Shown here piece after piece: positions 32,340 to 42,002 of a stretch of DNA of 64,000 bases. Made by a program: the position numbers and the translations under genes. Origin of the DNA: Bacteroidota bacterium (lineage in GTDB: Bacteria; Bacteroidota; Bacteroidia; Sphingobacteriales; Sphingobacteriaceae); NCBI GenBank assembly GCA_040387995.1, contig JAZKCT010000055.1, positions 5,372 to 69,371 on the forward strand, written 5' to 3'. How positions within the stretch are numbered: the stretch's first letter is position 1; each line of letters starts with the position of its first letter. The notes under the pieces are model-generated. The model did not search any database, had not been told where the DNA came from, and worked only from the letters and a program-made list of their open reading frames with translations.

Positions 32340-35300
32340 TTATTGTTGTGCAATCAAAATTTGTAGTTCAACATCATCGATTACTATTTTGTTTCCCTTG
32401 TCTAAAGATTCCGTTAATTTAAGATCATCTGCTAATATTTCAGCGCAAATGTACTGCTTATTTTTCTCCACAGCAGTTGCTAACAGGTTATGGTTCTGTA
32501 AAGTCACCGTAATCCTGTCGGTAACTTCAAAATTAAGTTCTTTTCTCAGGTTCTGAATCCTGTTGATCAGTTCACGTGACAGGCCTTCCTGTTTCAATTC
32601 CTCTGTAATGGTTACATCTAGGGCTACAGTAAGACTACCCGTATTGGCTACCTGCCAGCCTGGAATATCCTCAGCCATAACTTCCACATCACTGAGGAGG
32701 ATCAGGTAATTGGTTTCAGGCAGCAAGATTTCTCCTTGAGACTCCAGTATTGAAATCTCTTCCTGCGTGAATTCAGAGATCGCCTGTGCCACCGCTTTCA
32801 TGTCCTTGCCTACTTTTTGTCCAAGGGTCTTAAAATTAGGTTTAATCTTTTTGGTGATAAATCCGGCAGTGTCGGTTATGAACTCGATATCCTTAATGTT
32901 TGTTTCCGAAAGGATCAGGTCTTTGACCAGCTTCACACGGTCCGCGAACTTATGGTCTAGTACAGGGATCAGGATCTTTGCCAGTGGCTGGCGTACATTG
33001 ATGCTGGTTTTCTTTCTAAGCGACAACACCATCGATGAAATGTCCTGTGCCAGGCGCATGCGCTCATTGAGTTCGGTATCAATCAAACTGCCATCTGCAT
33101 CAGCCAGCAAAGTAAGGTGTACCGACTCATATGGGTTTGCAGCATCTCCGGCAGTCAGATTTTGAAAAAGCCAGTCCGAGAAGAACGGCGCGATTGGCGC
33201 CATCAGTTGCGATAAACTGGTCAGGCAGGCATACAAAGTTTCATAAGCCGCTTTTTTATCCGCAGTCATTTCTCCCTTCCAGAAGCGACGGCGGGACAGG
33301 CGGATGTACCAGTTACTCAGGTGTTCATCTACAAAAGCCTGAATGGCCCTTGCTGCTTTGGTCGGCTCATAGGCATTATAGCTTTCGTCCACTTCAGCTA
33401 CCAGTGTCTGCAGTAAAGACAAGATCCACCTGTCCAGTTCACTGCGTTCCGCTACCGGAGTCAGGTTGTTGTGGTCTATCTCAAACTTATCAATATTAGC
33501 ATACAGCGCAAAGAAGGTGTAAGTATTGTATAAGGTTCCGAAGAATTTGCGGCGTACTTCGGCAATTCCGTCTACGTCAAATTTCAGGTTGTCCCATGGA
33601 TTTGCATTGGAGATCATGTACCAGCGCGTCGCATCCGGACCATACTCCTCCAGCGTCTTAAAAGGATCCGTAGCGTTACCGAGACGTTTAGACATTTTCT
33701 GTCCGTTTTTGTCCAGCACCAGGCCGTTGGAAACTACATTTTTATAAGCAACTTTATCAAATACCAACGTACCAATCGCATGCAGGGTATAAAACCATCC
33801 GCGTGTCTGATCTACACCTTCAGCAATGAAATCTGCCGGAAAATCTTTATTGTCGTCAATTTTGTCCTTGTTTTCAAAAGGATAGTGCCATTGTGCATAA
33901 GGCATTGCACCCGAATCAAACCAAACATCGATCAGGTCGCTTTCCCTTGTCATTGGTTTGCCGGATGGCGAGACCAGGACAACACCGTCCACTACATTTT
34001 TATGTAAATCTACCAGGTCGTAGTTTTCTTCAGACATGTTTCCGATCTCAAATCCTTTAAATGGATTTTCAGTCATGAACCCGGCGGTTATTGCTTTTTC
34101 GATACCCCTGTATAATTCTTCTACCGAACCGATCAGTACCTCTTCTTTCTTATCTTCCGTTCTCCAGATCGGCAATGGGATACCCCAGTACCTGGAGCGC
34201 GAAAGGTTCCAGTCGTTGGCATTTTTCAACCAGTTACCAAAACGGCCTTCGCCCGTAGATTTTGGTTTCCAGTTGATGGTCTCGTTCAGGTCAAACATCC
34301 TGTCTTTAACATCCGTTACCTTAATGAACCAGGAATCCAGCGGATAATACAACAGCGGCTCGTCCGTTCTCCAGCTGTGCGGGTAACTGTGCACGTACTT
34401 TTCGACTTTAAAAGCCTTATTTTCTTCTTTCAGACGGATCGCAATCTCCACATCTACTGATTTCTCAGGAGCTGCTCCGGCATCATAATATTCATTTTTT
34501 ACATACTTGCCGGCCAGATCGCCTACATGCGATGTGAACCTGCCTTGCAGATCAACCAATGGCACCGGTGTTCCGTTTTCGTCCAGTACCAGCATCGGCG
34601 GAATCTCAGGGACGGCTTCTTTAGCTACTTTAGCATCATCAGCGCCGAAAGTTGGTGCCGTATGCACAATACCGGTTCCGTCTTCTGTCGTTACAAAATC
34701 GCCAGAGATCACACGGAAGGCATTTTCAGCATGCTGGTAAGGCAATACATAATCCAGCAGTTGCTCATACCGGATGCCTACCAGGTCAGTTCCTTTACAT
34801 TCGGTCAGGATCTGGTACGGGATTTTTTTATCGCCCGCTTTAAAGTTGTCAAAATCTTCAGCTGCTGAACTTTCAAAATAAACTTTGCTGAATTGTTTGC
34901 CAACCAGGTTTTTAGCGAGGATGACATTGACAGGAAGAAAAGTATATTGATTGAAAGTCCTGACCAGAACATACTCTATTTTCGGCCCAACAGTCAGCGC
35001 AGTATTTGACGGCAGTGTCCATGGTGTGGTAGTCCATGCCAATATTGAAATTGTTCCAAATCCTTTCAGAAATTCAGGAAGTGTTTGCTCCAGGGCTTTA
35101 AACTGGGCCACAATGGTCGTGTCCGTTACATCGCGGTAAGCGCCAGGCTGGTTCACTTCATGCGAACTCAATCCCGTACCTGCTTTAGGCGAATACGGCT
35201 GGATGGTATACCCCTTGTACAACAAACCTTTATCATAGATCTGCTTTAAGAGCCACCAAACCGTCTCCATATATTTAGACTTGTAGGTGATGTACGGATC

Positions 35301-35735
35301 ATTCATATCCACCCAATAGCCCATCTTTTCCGTGAGGTCGTTCCACACATCCGTGTAACGCATTACTGTACGCTTGCAGGCTTCGTTGTATTCCTCGATA
35401 GAGATGGTTTTTCCGATATCCTCCTTGGTAATTCCCAGTTCTTTTTCAGTACCCAGTTCCACAGGAAGGCCATGGGTATCCCAACCGGCTTTCCGTTTTA
35501 CCTGGAAACCTTTCTGGGTTTTGTAACGGCAAAAAATATCCTTAATCGCGCGGGCCATAACATGGTGAATACCAGGCATCCCGTTGGCCGAAGGCGGGCC
35601 TTCATAAAAAGTAAACGGATTCGACTTTGACCGGGTGGAAATGCTTTTTTCGAAGATGTTTTCCTTCTTCCAAAAGTCAAGTATTTCTTGCCCTATTTTA
35701 GCCAGTTCTAATTGTTTAAATTCCCTATACATCAA
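32340..35735 (-). CDS. ileS: Isoleucyl-tRNA synthetase, type 2 (long), with GIHH in place of HIGH
   Basis: EGPPSANGMPGIHH, GWDTHGLPVE, WTTTPWTLPSN, GTGIVH, DWNLSRSRYWG, DQTRGWF, KMSKR. Confidence 0.98.
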   Translation of the reverse strand: MMYREFKQLELAKIGQEILDFWKKENIFEKSISTRSKSNPFTFYEGPPSANGMPGIHHVMARAIKDIFCRYKTQKGFQVKRKAGWDTHGLPVELGTEKELGITKEDIGKTISIEEYNEACKRTVMRYTDVWNDLTEKMGYWVDMNDPYITYKSKYMETVWWLLKQIYDKGLLYKGYTIQPYSPKAGTGLSSHEVNQPGAYRDVTDTTIVAQFKALEQTLPEFLKGFGTISILAWTTTPWTLPSNTALTVGPKIEYVLVRTFNQYTFLPVNVILAKNLVGKQFSKVYFESSAAEDFDNFKAGDKKIPYQILTECKGTDLVGIRYEQLLDYVLPYQHAENAFRVISGDFVTTEDGTGIVHTAPTFGADDAKVAKEAVPEIPPMLVLDENGTPVPLVDLQGRFTSHVGDLAGKYVKNEYYDAGAAPEKSVDVEIAIRLKEENKAFKVEKYVHSYPHSWRTDEPLLYYPLDSWFIKVTDVKDRMFDLNETINWKPKSTGEGRFGNWLKNANDWNLSRSRYWGIPLPIWRTEDKKEEVLIGSVEELYRGIEKAITAGFMTENPFKGFEIGNMSEENYDLVDLHKNVVDGVVLVSPSGKPMTRESDLIDVWFDSGAMPYAQWHYPFENKDKIDDNKDFPADFIAEGVDQTRGWFYTLHAIGTLVFDKVAYKNVVSNGLVLDKNGQKMSKRLGNATDPFKTLEEYGPDATRWYMISNANPWDNLKFDVDGIAEVRRKFFGTLYNTYTFFALYANIDKFEIDHNNLTPVAERSELDRWILSLLQTLVAEVDESYNAYEPTKAARAIQAFVDEHLSNWYIRLSRRRFWKGEMTADKKAAYETLYACLTSLSQLMAPIAPFFSDWLFQNLTAGDAANPYESVHLTLLADADGSLIDTELNERMRLAQDISSMVLSLRKKTSINVRQPLAKILIPVLDHKFADRVKLVKDLILSETNIKDIEFITDTAGFITKKIKPNFKTLGQKVGKDMKAVAQAISEFTQEEISILESQGEILLPETNYLILLSDVEVMAEDIPGWQVANTGSLTVALDVTITEELKQEGLSRELINRIQNLRKELNFEVTDRITVTLQNHNLLATAVEKNKQYICAEILADDLKLTESLDKGNKIVIDDVELQILIAQQ

Positions 35736-35761
35736 TCAAGTATCTCCAAAAATTAAGGATG

Positions 35762-35769
35762 CAAAGTTA
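35762..35769 (-). promoter_or_regulatory. Bacteroidota -7 promoter element for ileS
   Basis: TAACTTTG on the minus strand, 26 bp before the ATG. Confidence 0.6.
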
Positions 35770-35896
35770 AGGATTTAGGACTTGAATTCCTATCTTAAGG
35801 GGTAAATATTAGCAGTATGAGCAGCATTGCCTGAAAAGGATACTTAAGCTTGAGGCTCTTTAAGGACAGGAACAGGTCAGAAACATAAAAGGAACG

Positions 35897-35934
35897 CAAA
35901 AGGTTCGGATAAAGGTACCCCCTACCCGAACCTT
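35897..35934 (-). terminator. Intrinsic terminator after the lipoprotein gene
   Basis: AAGGTTCGG (35900-35908) / CCGAACCTT (35926-35934), with U-tract on the minus strand. Confidence 0.6.
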
Positions 35935-36008
35935 ATACGTTGTTGTTACGTTCTTCTTGCGTTACTGGCTACAGCCAGCACAATGAATAACCATTCTGTT
36001 TTTAGGTG

Positions 36009-36431
36009 CTAATCGAAGGCGATCTTATCCGGACCTGATAGTTTTTGGATGTGACAAGCACATTTTCCACCTGCAATTTTCACCGTCGCTGTCTTGGTCT
36101 GATTTGTGGCTTCGTAAGTTCCGCTGATTTTGATGTCATCACCGTTTTCAGCGAGTACTTTCCTATGGCTGTCGTCGGCGATGACATAGGTTCCGGCAAC
36201 AAGGCTTAAACTGGCTAGGGTTGCACTTTTTAGGGTGTCGCCTGTACGCTTGTTGACCGCACTGTAGTTTTTTACGGGAACGCCAAGACCGTTCTTATCT
36301 GTAAATGAAACCATAACATAAGAAAAACTCTGGTCGCATATTTTGCTTTCGCAATCTGAGGGCGTCTCTGATGTTTCGCAGGATGAAAACGTCACTACTG
36401 CAAGAAGTAGGATAAAGATGGCTTTGTACAT
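36009..36431 (-). CDS. Hypothetical lipoprotein
   Basis: Lipobox TFSSC, beta-rich body with paired Cys. Confidence 0.8.
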   Translation of the reverse strand: MYKAIFILLLAVVTFSSCETSETPSDCESKICDQSFSYVMVSFTDKNGLGVPVKNYSAVNKRTGDTLKSATLASLSLVAGTYVIADDSHRKVLAENGDDIKISGTYEATNQTKTATVKIAGGKCACHIQKLSGPDKIAFD

Positions 36432-36638
36432 ATCGGTTGATTTTTACACTAATACGAGTGCAGATCGGCAAATGCTACAGGCAACTGCGTAATTGTAAAA
36501 TGAATGTAACGGACCTGCTGCGGTTAAAAGTACCTGTAAGCGCAGCGAATCTGCAGCACTAGCGCAGAAATTCCACAGAAAGGCGCAGCCAGGTAGCTTT
36601 GCCGGTATAAATTTCCTTATTTTTAGTCAAAAAAAACT

Positions 36639-37529
36639 ATGCTGCTCGTACAGAACATCCGTTTAAGTAGAATTTTGCGAAACACCTGGCAGGTAGACCT
36701 GATTATGATTGTTTCCTGTACCGGTGCCTACCTGATCCGGGAATATTTGATTGCCAATCATTTTGAGATCCCTGTTATTATTCCTTCTTTGTTGGGTACT
36801 GCCATTGCTTTTTTCATTGGTTTCAACAACAACCAGGCATACGACCGCTGGTGGGAGGGCCGAAAAATCTGGGGTTCTCTGGTCAATGATTCAAGGTCTT
36901 TTGCAAGGGCATTGATCAACTATGTAGATGGTGAACAGGAATTGGCCGAGGTAATGATTTGCAGACACATTGCGTTTTTATATGCTTTAAAAGCCAGTTT
37001 GAGGGGGGCGACTGATGAAATTTACATCAAATATTTGAGCCAGGAAGATCTGAAGGAGATCAGCAGTCATAGCAATACACACAATGCGATTTTAAATCTC
37101 CAGTCCCGGGACCTGCAGCGGCTTTCTAAACTCAATGCCATTGATGGCTTTCGATTTATCGAGATTAATGAACAGCTGAACCGGTTTTCGGATAGTATGG
37201 GGATGAGTGAACGCATTCGGAACACCGTTTTCCCTACGACTTATACCTACCTAACTAAGGTATTCATCTGGCTTTTCGTGGTCAGTTTTACGCTGGTGAT
37301 CAGTCAGTCGGCCGGTGTGTACGCCATTTTTCTGGGCTGGATGATCGGTTTTGTCTTTGTGTCCACACAGATCAATGGCATGAGCCTGGTCAACCCTTTC
37401 GATAATCAGTCGGCAGGTGTGCCGCTCAATCAGATTACGCGGACCATAGAAATCAATTTATTGCAGATGATGGGAAAAGAAGAAATACCTGAGCCCGTTA
37501 AGCCCATCAATGATGAATACATTTTGTAA
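36639..37529 (+). CDS. Bestrophin-family (UPF0187) ion channel
   Basis: FIGFNNNQAYDRWWEGRKIWGSLVNDSR, ERIRNTVFP..Y, NPFD...GVPL. Confidence 0.9.
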   Translation: MLLVQNIRLSRILRNTWQVDLIMIVSCTGAYLIREYLIANHFEIPVIIPSLLGTAIAFFIGFNNNQAYDRWWEGRKIWGSLVNDSRSFARALINYVDGEQELAEVMICRHIAFLYALKASLRGATDEIYIKYLSQEDLKEISSHSNTHNAILNLQSRDLQRLSKLNAIDGFRFIEINEQLNRFSDSMGMSERIRNTVFPTTYTYLTKVFIWLFVVSFTLVISQSAGVYAIFLGWMIGFVFVSTQINGMSLVNPFDNQSAGVPLNQITRTIEINLLQMMGKEEIPEPVKPINDEYIL

Positions 37530-37570
37530 CATTTAGATAGGCTGTTGCTTAGCATAAAATCGGGCAGCTG

Positions 37571-37599
37571 AGGTGGATGTAACCCTAAAACATCCACCT
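37571..37599 (+). terminator. Hairpin after the bestrophin gene
   Basis: AGGTGGATGT / ACATCCACCT perfect 10-bp stem. Confidence 0.6.
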
Positions 37600-37860
37600 G
37601 TGCTCCCTTTCAAATCACCCTCTCTATCTATAAACAAGCATCCTCCCCGGACACTTCTTTTAATGCAAAAGGCAGGCCATGACGACAATCGCCCTTGATG
37701 GGCTTTTTGAGGATGGTGTGTAAAAATGCCCGGTGTAGAAAATCACCATATTGTTGAACTCCCGCCCCTTAGCGGCTGAAACTAATGTGGAATTGTTTAA
37801 AAGTTTTTTGCAAATACAAACTTCAGAATCGCTAAATTGTTAGTACTAACAGATAGCAGT

Positions 37861-37972
37861 TTATTCCGAGAAAAAAAGTCCTGTGAGCGGGTGATCCGCG
37901 TAGGGCAGGCACAACATAAAGGAGGGTCAAACAAGCTGGTGAAAACTACTTGTCTGCCCCTCCTGTTTTTTT
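37861..37972 (+). ncRNA. Candidate riboswitch/attenuator leader or small RNA with intrinsic terminator; family unidentified
   Basis: Nested stems (GTCCTG/TAGGGC, GCGG/CCGC), then terminator GGAGGG..CAAG/CTTG..CCCTCC + T7; alternative pairing GGGCAGGCA with TGTCTGCCC. Confidence 0.5.
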
Positions 37973-38025
37973 CTGAGGGTATCTGGTTTGATTTTTGTTA
38001 ACCATATCACTCAAGAACTTCAGCC

Positions 38026-38265
38026 ATGATACGGATTTTAAAACTTCAAAAAGCAGTGATTGCCTTTATACTAGGTGTAGTGGCATTGGTGGCATACAGA
38101 ATAATGAGCGAAAACAAACTGGAGTCGAGCCGGTATCTCTTAACCCTGTCCGGCATTTTATTCATAGCCGGGGCATTGATGTTTTTGTATCCGATCCTAT
38201 CGGCTAAAAAAGTTAAAGAAGAAGATTGCGTGGAATTGGATCCTGAAAAGCAGGAAGAACTTTAA
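38026..38265 (+). CDS. Small two-TM hypothetical protein
   Basis: 79 aa, two hydrophobic helices, acidic tail; stop overlaps the convergent plc stop. Confidence 0.7.
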   Translation: MIRILKLQKAVIAFILGVVALVAYRIMSENKLESSRYLLTLSGILFIAGALMFLYPILSAKKVKEEDCVELDPEKQEEL

Positions 38266-40643
38266 ACAATACCACCCATATAAGGATCGGTAATAGACTC
38301 TCCTCCGTTTTCTGCGTGACCTGCATGTTGCCTGTAATAGTCCTTGTTTCCATTTATCGTGAGACTAAGGTCATACCAACCATTGCTTTTTTGGAGATCT
38401 ACCGGCATTTTTACCTTGCTTTTTGATGCAATGACCAATGTCCTGGAATAGCTGCTTTTATACGCGTTGTCCGTCAGTTTAATTTCTACCGGCGTACTGC
38501 CTCTGTTTTCAATCTCAACTTCAATATTACCAGTCATCTTTTTGGCCAGTACTCCAGTCGTTTCGTATAAACAGTTTACCGTTATTTCCGGGTCGTTTGT
38601 CCCGCCCTTAAACGCGCGGTAAAAGCCGTTCGGCCCATTCACACAGAGGTGATAACTTCCGCTCGCAAAGCTTTTTAATTCGATATTGTCTGTTATTTTT
38701 TCACCGCCTGTGACAGCGTAAGACCATGTTTTCCCAAATTCTGCATTGAAGGGCAGGGGTGTGTACATGTTGAAAGGAGCACCTTTTGGCAATAGTTTTT
38801 GGCCAAAATTTCCTTTGTCTGATGCGAAAGAAATTTCCAGATGAGTTTTAGAATCGCTGACCCGACACTCTGCATGCAACTGATAAGGCAATGCACATGC
38901 CTTTTTAACACCTTTTTCCTGAGCGGGCATGAATTTAGATGCGCCAGGCGCAAAAGGAAGATGGGTATTGATCCTGGCGATCTCTGAGGGACTAAGCGGA
39001 TCTGGTTTTAACTGCGCAGGTTTGTTTTTCGCATTTTGGATATTGGTGATTACTTCGTCTTTTTTCTGCAGCTGCGGAAGCTGAGCGGATTCCTTTTTTG
39101 CAGGTCTGAAAGCCGAGCTGAGGTCTCCGCAAATGGCCCGCCGCCAACTACTGATCTGGTTGCTCTTAATCTTTTTGCCTGTTTTTTTGCTCAGGAAATT
39201 CTCCAGGAACATGATCGTTGAGGTATGGTCGCAAACTTCAGAGTTGACATAGCCTCCCTTGCTCCATGGAGAAGCAATGAGCATCGGTACCCGGTAACCC
39301 AGACCTATTGGACTGTCTTTTTTTACTTCATAATCAGCTGCGACATTTATTTTGGAAGAGACCTTTCCTGTCGCAGAACTTCCCGGTTTGGGCACCACAT
39401 ATGGCGGGATATGGTCAAAATACCCATCGTTTTCGTCATATGTCAGAATAAAAATTGTTTTTTTCCAGACCTCCGGGTTTTTCGTGAGGATTTCTATTGC
39501 TTCTGAAACATACCAGGTGCCGTAAAGCGGGGAACTGGTATGGTCTGAAAATCGTTGAGGGGCCACCAGCCAGGATACTGCCGGAAGTTTACCGCTGTCG
39601 ACATCCGAACGAAATTGGTGGAAAATGTCGTTTTTTGGAATCCGGATATTCTGTTTGATCCCCTGATCGTCCTTATAGTCAAATGGCGCCAACTCAAGGT
39701 AATTGAAAGGCGCATTGATGTTGGTTGCAAATGCCTTGTCAATCAGGTTTTTTTCCCGGCTGCTTAAGGCTTCATATTTCTCTCTTACTTCTTTGGCACT
39801 CAGGTTCTTTTTAGGATCTCCGTTTTTTCGGAACCAGGCCGAAAGTCTTACATTGTAACGCTTGACGTATTCAATGGCATTGTCGCCATAGTTGCCCAGC
39901 CAGTCGTCCACCTCTTCGCCCTGGACATCGCTGGTCCATATTTCATTCTGGTAGATTTTCCAGCTTATGCCGTTGTCTTCCAATACCTCAGGGAAAGTAT
40001 CCCAGTCAACATATACGTCATCACGGGATTCAGCCTGTGAGTTGTTTACCGCAGCATTAATCAGTTTGCCATTCTGCTCTGGTTGTATGGTGCCTGTCCA
40101 CATGAACAAGCGGTTGGGTGTGGTGCCTGTCAGAGAGGAACAAAAATGATGATCGCATATGGTGAAGGCATCTGCCATCGCATAGTAAAAAGGAACATCT
40201 GAACGTTCATAATGGCCGAGGCACATGAGTGATTTTACAGGGACCCATTTGTCGTATTTCCCCTGGTTGCGTGCTGCCAGCTGATCGGTCCATGAATGTG
40301 GAAGACCTCCCTGCCAGGTGATCTTGGTTTTGTTAATATCGATGTGAAAAGGAGCAAAGGTATTGCCCTTATCGTCTTTCTGCAACCATACTTTATTTTG
40401 ATCCGGAAGAATACGTGCTCTTGGATCATTGAACCCCCTTACGCCTTTTAATTTGCCAAACATGTGGTCAAATGAGCGGTTTTCCTGCATCAGGATGACC
40501 ACATGTTCCGCATCATAAAAGGTAGTTCCCGGATCGGCACTAATGGCCATTGCTTTTTGAAGAGACATGGGAATAACGTTTGGCAATCCGGCTGCGCCGG
40601 ATAATAATGCTGCTTTTTTGAGAAATTCCCTTCTTGAATCCAT
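38262..40643 (-). CDS. Tat-exported phosphocholine-specific phospholipase C (PlcN/PlcH family)
   Basis: Tat motif SRREFLK, HVVILMQENRSFDH, GTTPNRLF, TYDENDGYFDH, GLGYRVP, C-terminal DUF756-like region. Confidence 0.92.
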   Translation of the reverse strand: MDSRREFLKKAALLSGAAGLPNVIPMSLQKAMAISADPGTTFYDAEHVVILMQENRSFDHMFGKLKGVRGFNDPRARILPDQNKVWLQKDDKGNTFAPFHIDINKTKITWQGGLPHSWTDQLAARNQGKYDKWVPVKSLMCLGHYERSDVPFYYAMADAFTICDHHFCSSLTGTTPNRLFMWTGTIQPEQNGKLINAAVNNSQAESRDDVYVDWDTFPEVLEDNGISWKIYQNEIWTSDVQGEEVDDWLGNYGDNAIEYVKRYNVRLSAWFRKNGDPKKNLSAKEVREKYEALSSREKNLIDKAFATNINAPFNYLELAPFDYKDDQGIKQNIRIPKNDIFHQFRSDVDSGKLPAVSWLVAPQRFSDHTSSPLYGTWYVSEAIEILTKNPEVWKKTIFILTYDENDGYFDHIPPYVVPKPGSSATGKVSSKINVAADYEVKKDSPIGLGYRVPMLIASPWSKGGYVNSEVCDHTSTIMFLENFLSKKTGKKIKSNQISSWRRAICGDLSSAFRPAKKESAQLPQLQKKDEVITNIQNAKNKPAQLKPDPLSPSEIARINTHLPFAPGASKFMPAQEKGVKKACALPYQLHAECRVSDSKTHLEISFASDKGNFGQKLLPKGAPFNMYTPLPFNAEFGKTWSYAVTGGEKITDNIELKSFASGSYHLCVNGPNGFYRAFKGGTNDPEITVNCLYETTGVLAKKMTGNIEVEIENRGSTPVEIKLTDNAYKSSYSRTLVIASKSKVKMPVDLQKSNGWYDLSLTINGNKDYYRQHAGHAENGGESITDPYMGGIV

Positions 40644-40648
40644 AATTT

Positions 40649-42001
40649 TTATTGGTGCAATGCTTTCCAGATGATATCGTAAACGCCTGTGGCAGGTTGG
40701 TTTTCTGAGTTGAGTGCTTTATCGGTAATTAATACCGGGTGAAATTCGGCAGGTGTATCCACACTACCGTGTGATCCTCCGATCAGCGTGGCATCCAATG
40801 GGATCACATCCATTACATAACGGAAACCTGCTTTCTTGCGGAGTAACTTATAACCAGCTCTTGCTTTGGAGGACATAAACATTTCCACCGGATCATAGCC
40901 CGGTTTCTTGTGGATGTCTACACACCGCGCATAGTCAGGCGCTACGGCATCATCCAGCCAGAAGTAATAAGTGAACCAGCTTTCAGGAGCAGCTACGACA
41001 ACAAAATCGCCTGCCCTGGAGTGGTCAATGCCATATTTCTGTTTTCCCGCTTCATCCAGGATCAGGGCGATGCCTGCCGCTTTTTCCAGGATGGATTTTA
41101 CCAGTTCTTTGACCGATGGGTCGTTGATGTAAATGTGGGCAACCTGGTGGTCGGCCACAACAAAAGCCTTAGAAGCCCCAGCGTCGAGGAGTTCAAGTCC
41201 CCTTTCTACGCGGATTTGCAATAAATTATTTTCCCTGAACAGCCTGTTTAAGTGTATTGGCTGGCGCACGGGAACAATACCATATTCAGAAAGAATAATG
41301 ATGTTTGCACCCTGTTTTTCATAATGGCGCACGAGGCCTTCGACTACCTGGTCTACTTCAGTCAGCTCTTTACCTATTTTGCTAAAGTCATGGCCAAATT
41401 TCTGCAGACAATAATCCAGATGTGGTAAGTAAATCAGTGTCAGTGTTGGATCGTATTGTTCATCGGTAATAATCGCTGCATCAGCGATCCATTTGGTTGA
41501 TTTGATATTTGCGCCAGGTCCCCAAAATTGAAATAATGGAAACTGTCCCAGTTTGTCCTGCAGCAGATCTCTGAGTTCAGCGGGTTCTGAGTAGCAGTCT
41601 GGCATTTTTCTACCATCAGCAAGGTAGTTTGGACGAGGGGTAACCGAATAGTCTGCGTTGGAGTACATGTTGTACCACCAAAACATGTTGGAACAAGTGA
41701 AATTAGGATCTTCCTTTTTAGCCCGGTCCCAGATTTTGTCGACCAACACCAATTTGTTGGATTGTTTCCAGAACTTAATTTCCGCATCGGTATGGTCATA
41801 CCAGCCGTTGCCCACAATTCCGTGTTCTGAAGGTGTTTTTCCGGTCAGATAGGTTGACTGCACTGCCGTAGTTACCGCTGGCAGCATGGGCGCGATGGTC
41901 TGCAGATTTTTTTCTTCGCTATATTTTTTAAGGAATGGCGTATATGAACCGATCAGATTGGACGATAAACCAACAACATCTATTACAACAGTCTTTTTCA
42001 T
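40649..42001 (-). CDS. eboF: EboF, alkaline phosphatase/nucleotide pyrophosphatase family
   Basis: VVIDVVGL, PAVTTAVQSTYLTG, HGIVGNGWY, YLPHLDYCLQ, GYDPVEMF; position in the ebo cluster. Confidence 0.88.
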   Translation of the reverse strand: MKKTVVIDVVGLSSNLIGSYTPFLKKYSEEKNLQTIAPMLPAVTTAVQSTYLTGKTPSEHGIVGNGWYDHTDAEIKFWKQSNKLVLVDKIWDRAKKEDPNFTCSNMFWWYNMYSNADYSVTPRPNYLADGRKMPDCYSEPAELRDLLQDKLGQFPLFQFWGPGANIKSTKWIADAAIITDEQYDPTLTLIYLPHLDYCLQKFGHDFSKIGKELTEVDQVVEGLVRHYEKQGANIIILSEYGIVPVRQPIHLNRLFRENNLLQIRVERGLELLDAGASKAFVVADHQVAHIYINDPSVKELVKSILEKAAGIALILDEAGKQKYGIDHSRAGDFVVVAAPESWFTYYFWLDDAVAPDYARCVDIHKKPGYDPVEMFMSSKARAGYKLLRKKAGFRYVMDVIPLDATLIGGSHGSVDTPAEFHPVLITDKALNSENQPATGVYDIIWKALHQ

Positions 42002-42002
42002 T

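Noticed and set aside
35940-36000. 10-codon minus-strand mini-ORF (MVIHCAGCSQ) and small hairpin upstream of ileS, considered as an Ile attenuator
   Set aside because: It has only one Ile codon, and ileS has its own promoter motif (35762-35769) downstream of the terminator, so attenuation is not supported.
37861-37972. Assignment of the structured leader to SRP RNA, RNase P RNA, T-box or a known riboswitch
   Set aside because: It lacks the SRP CAGG..GGAA..AGCAG core, the RNase P GAGGAAAGUCC context and length, the T-box sequence, and the signature motifs of TPP, SAM, cobalamin or fluoride aptamers that I can recall; left unassigned.
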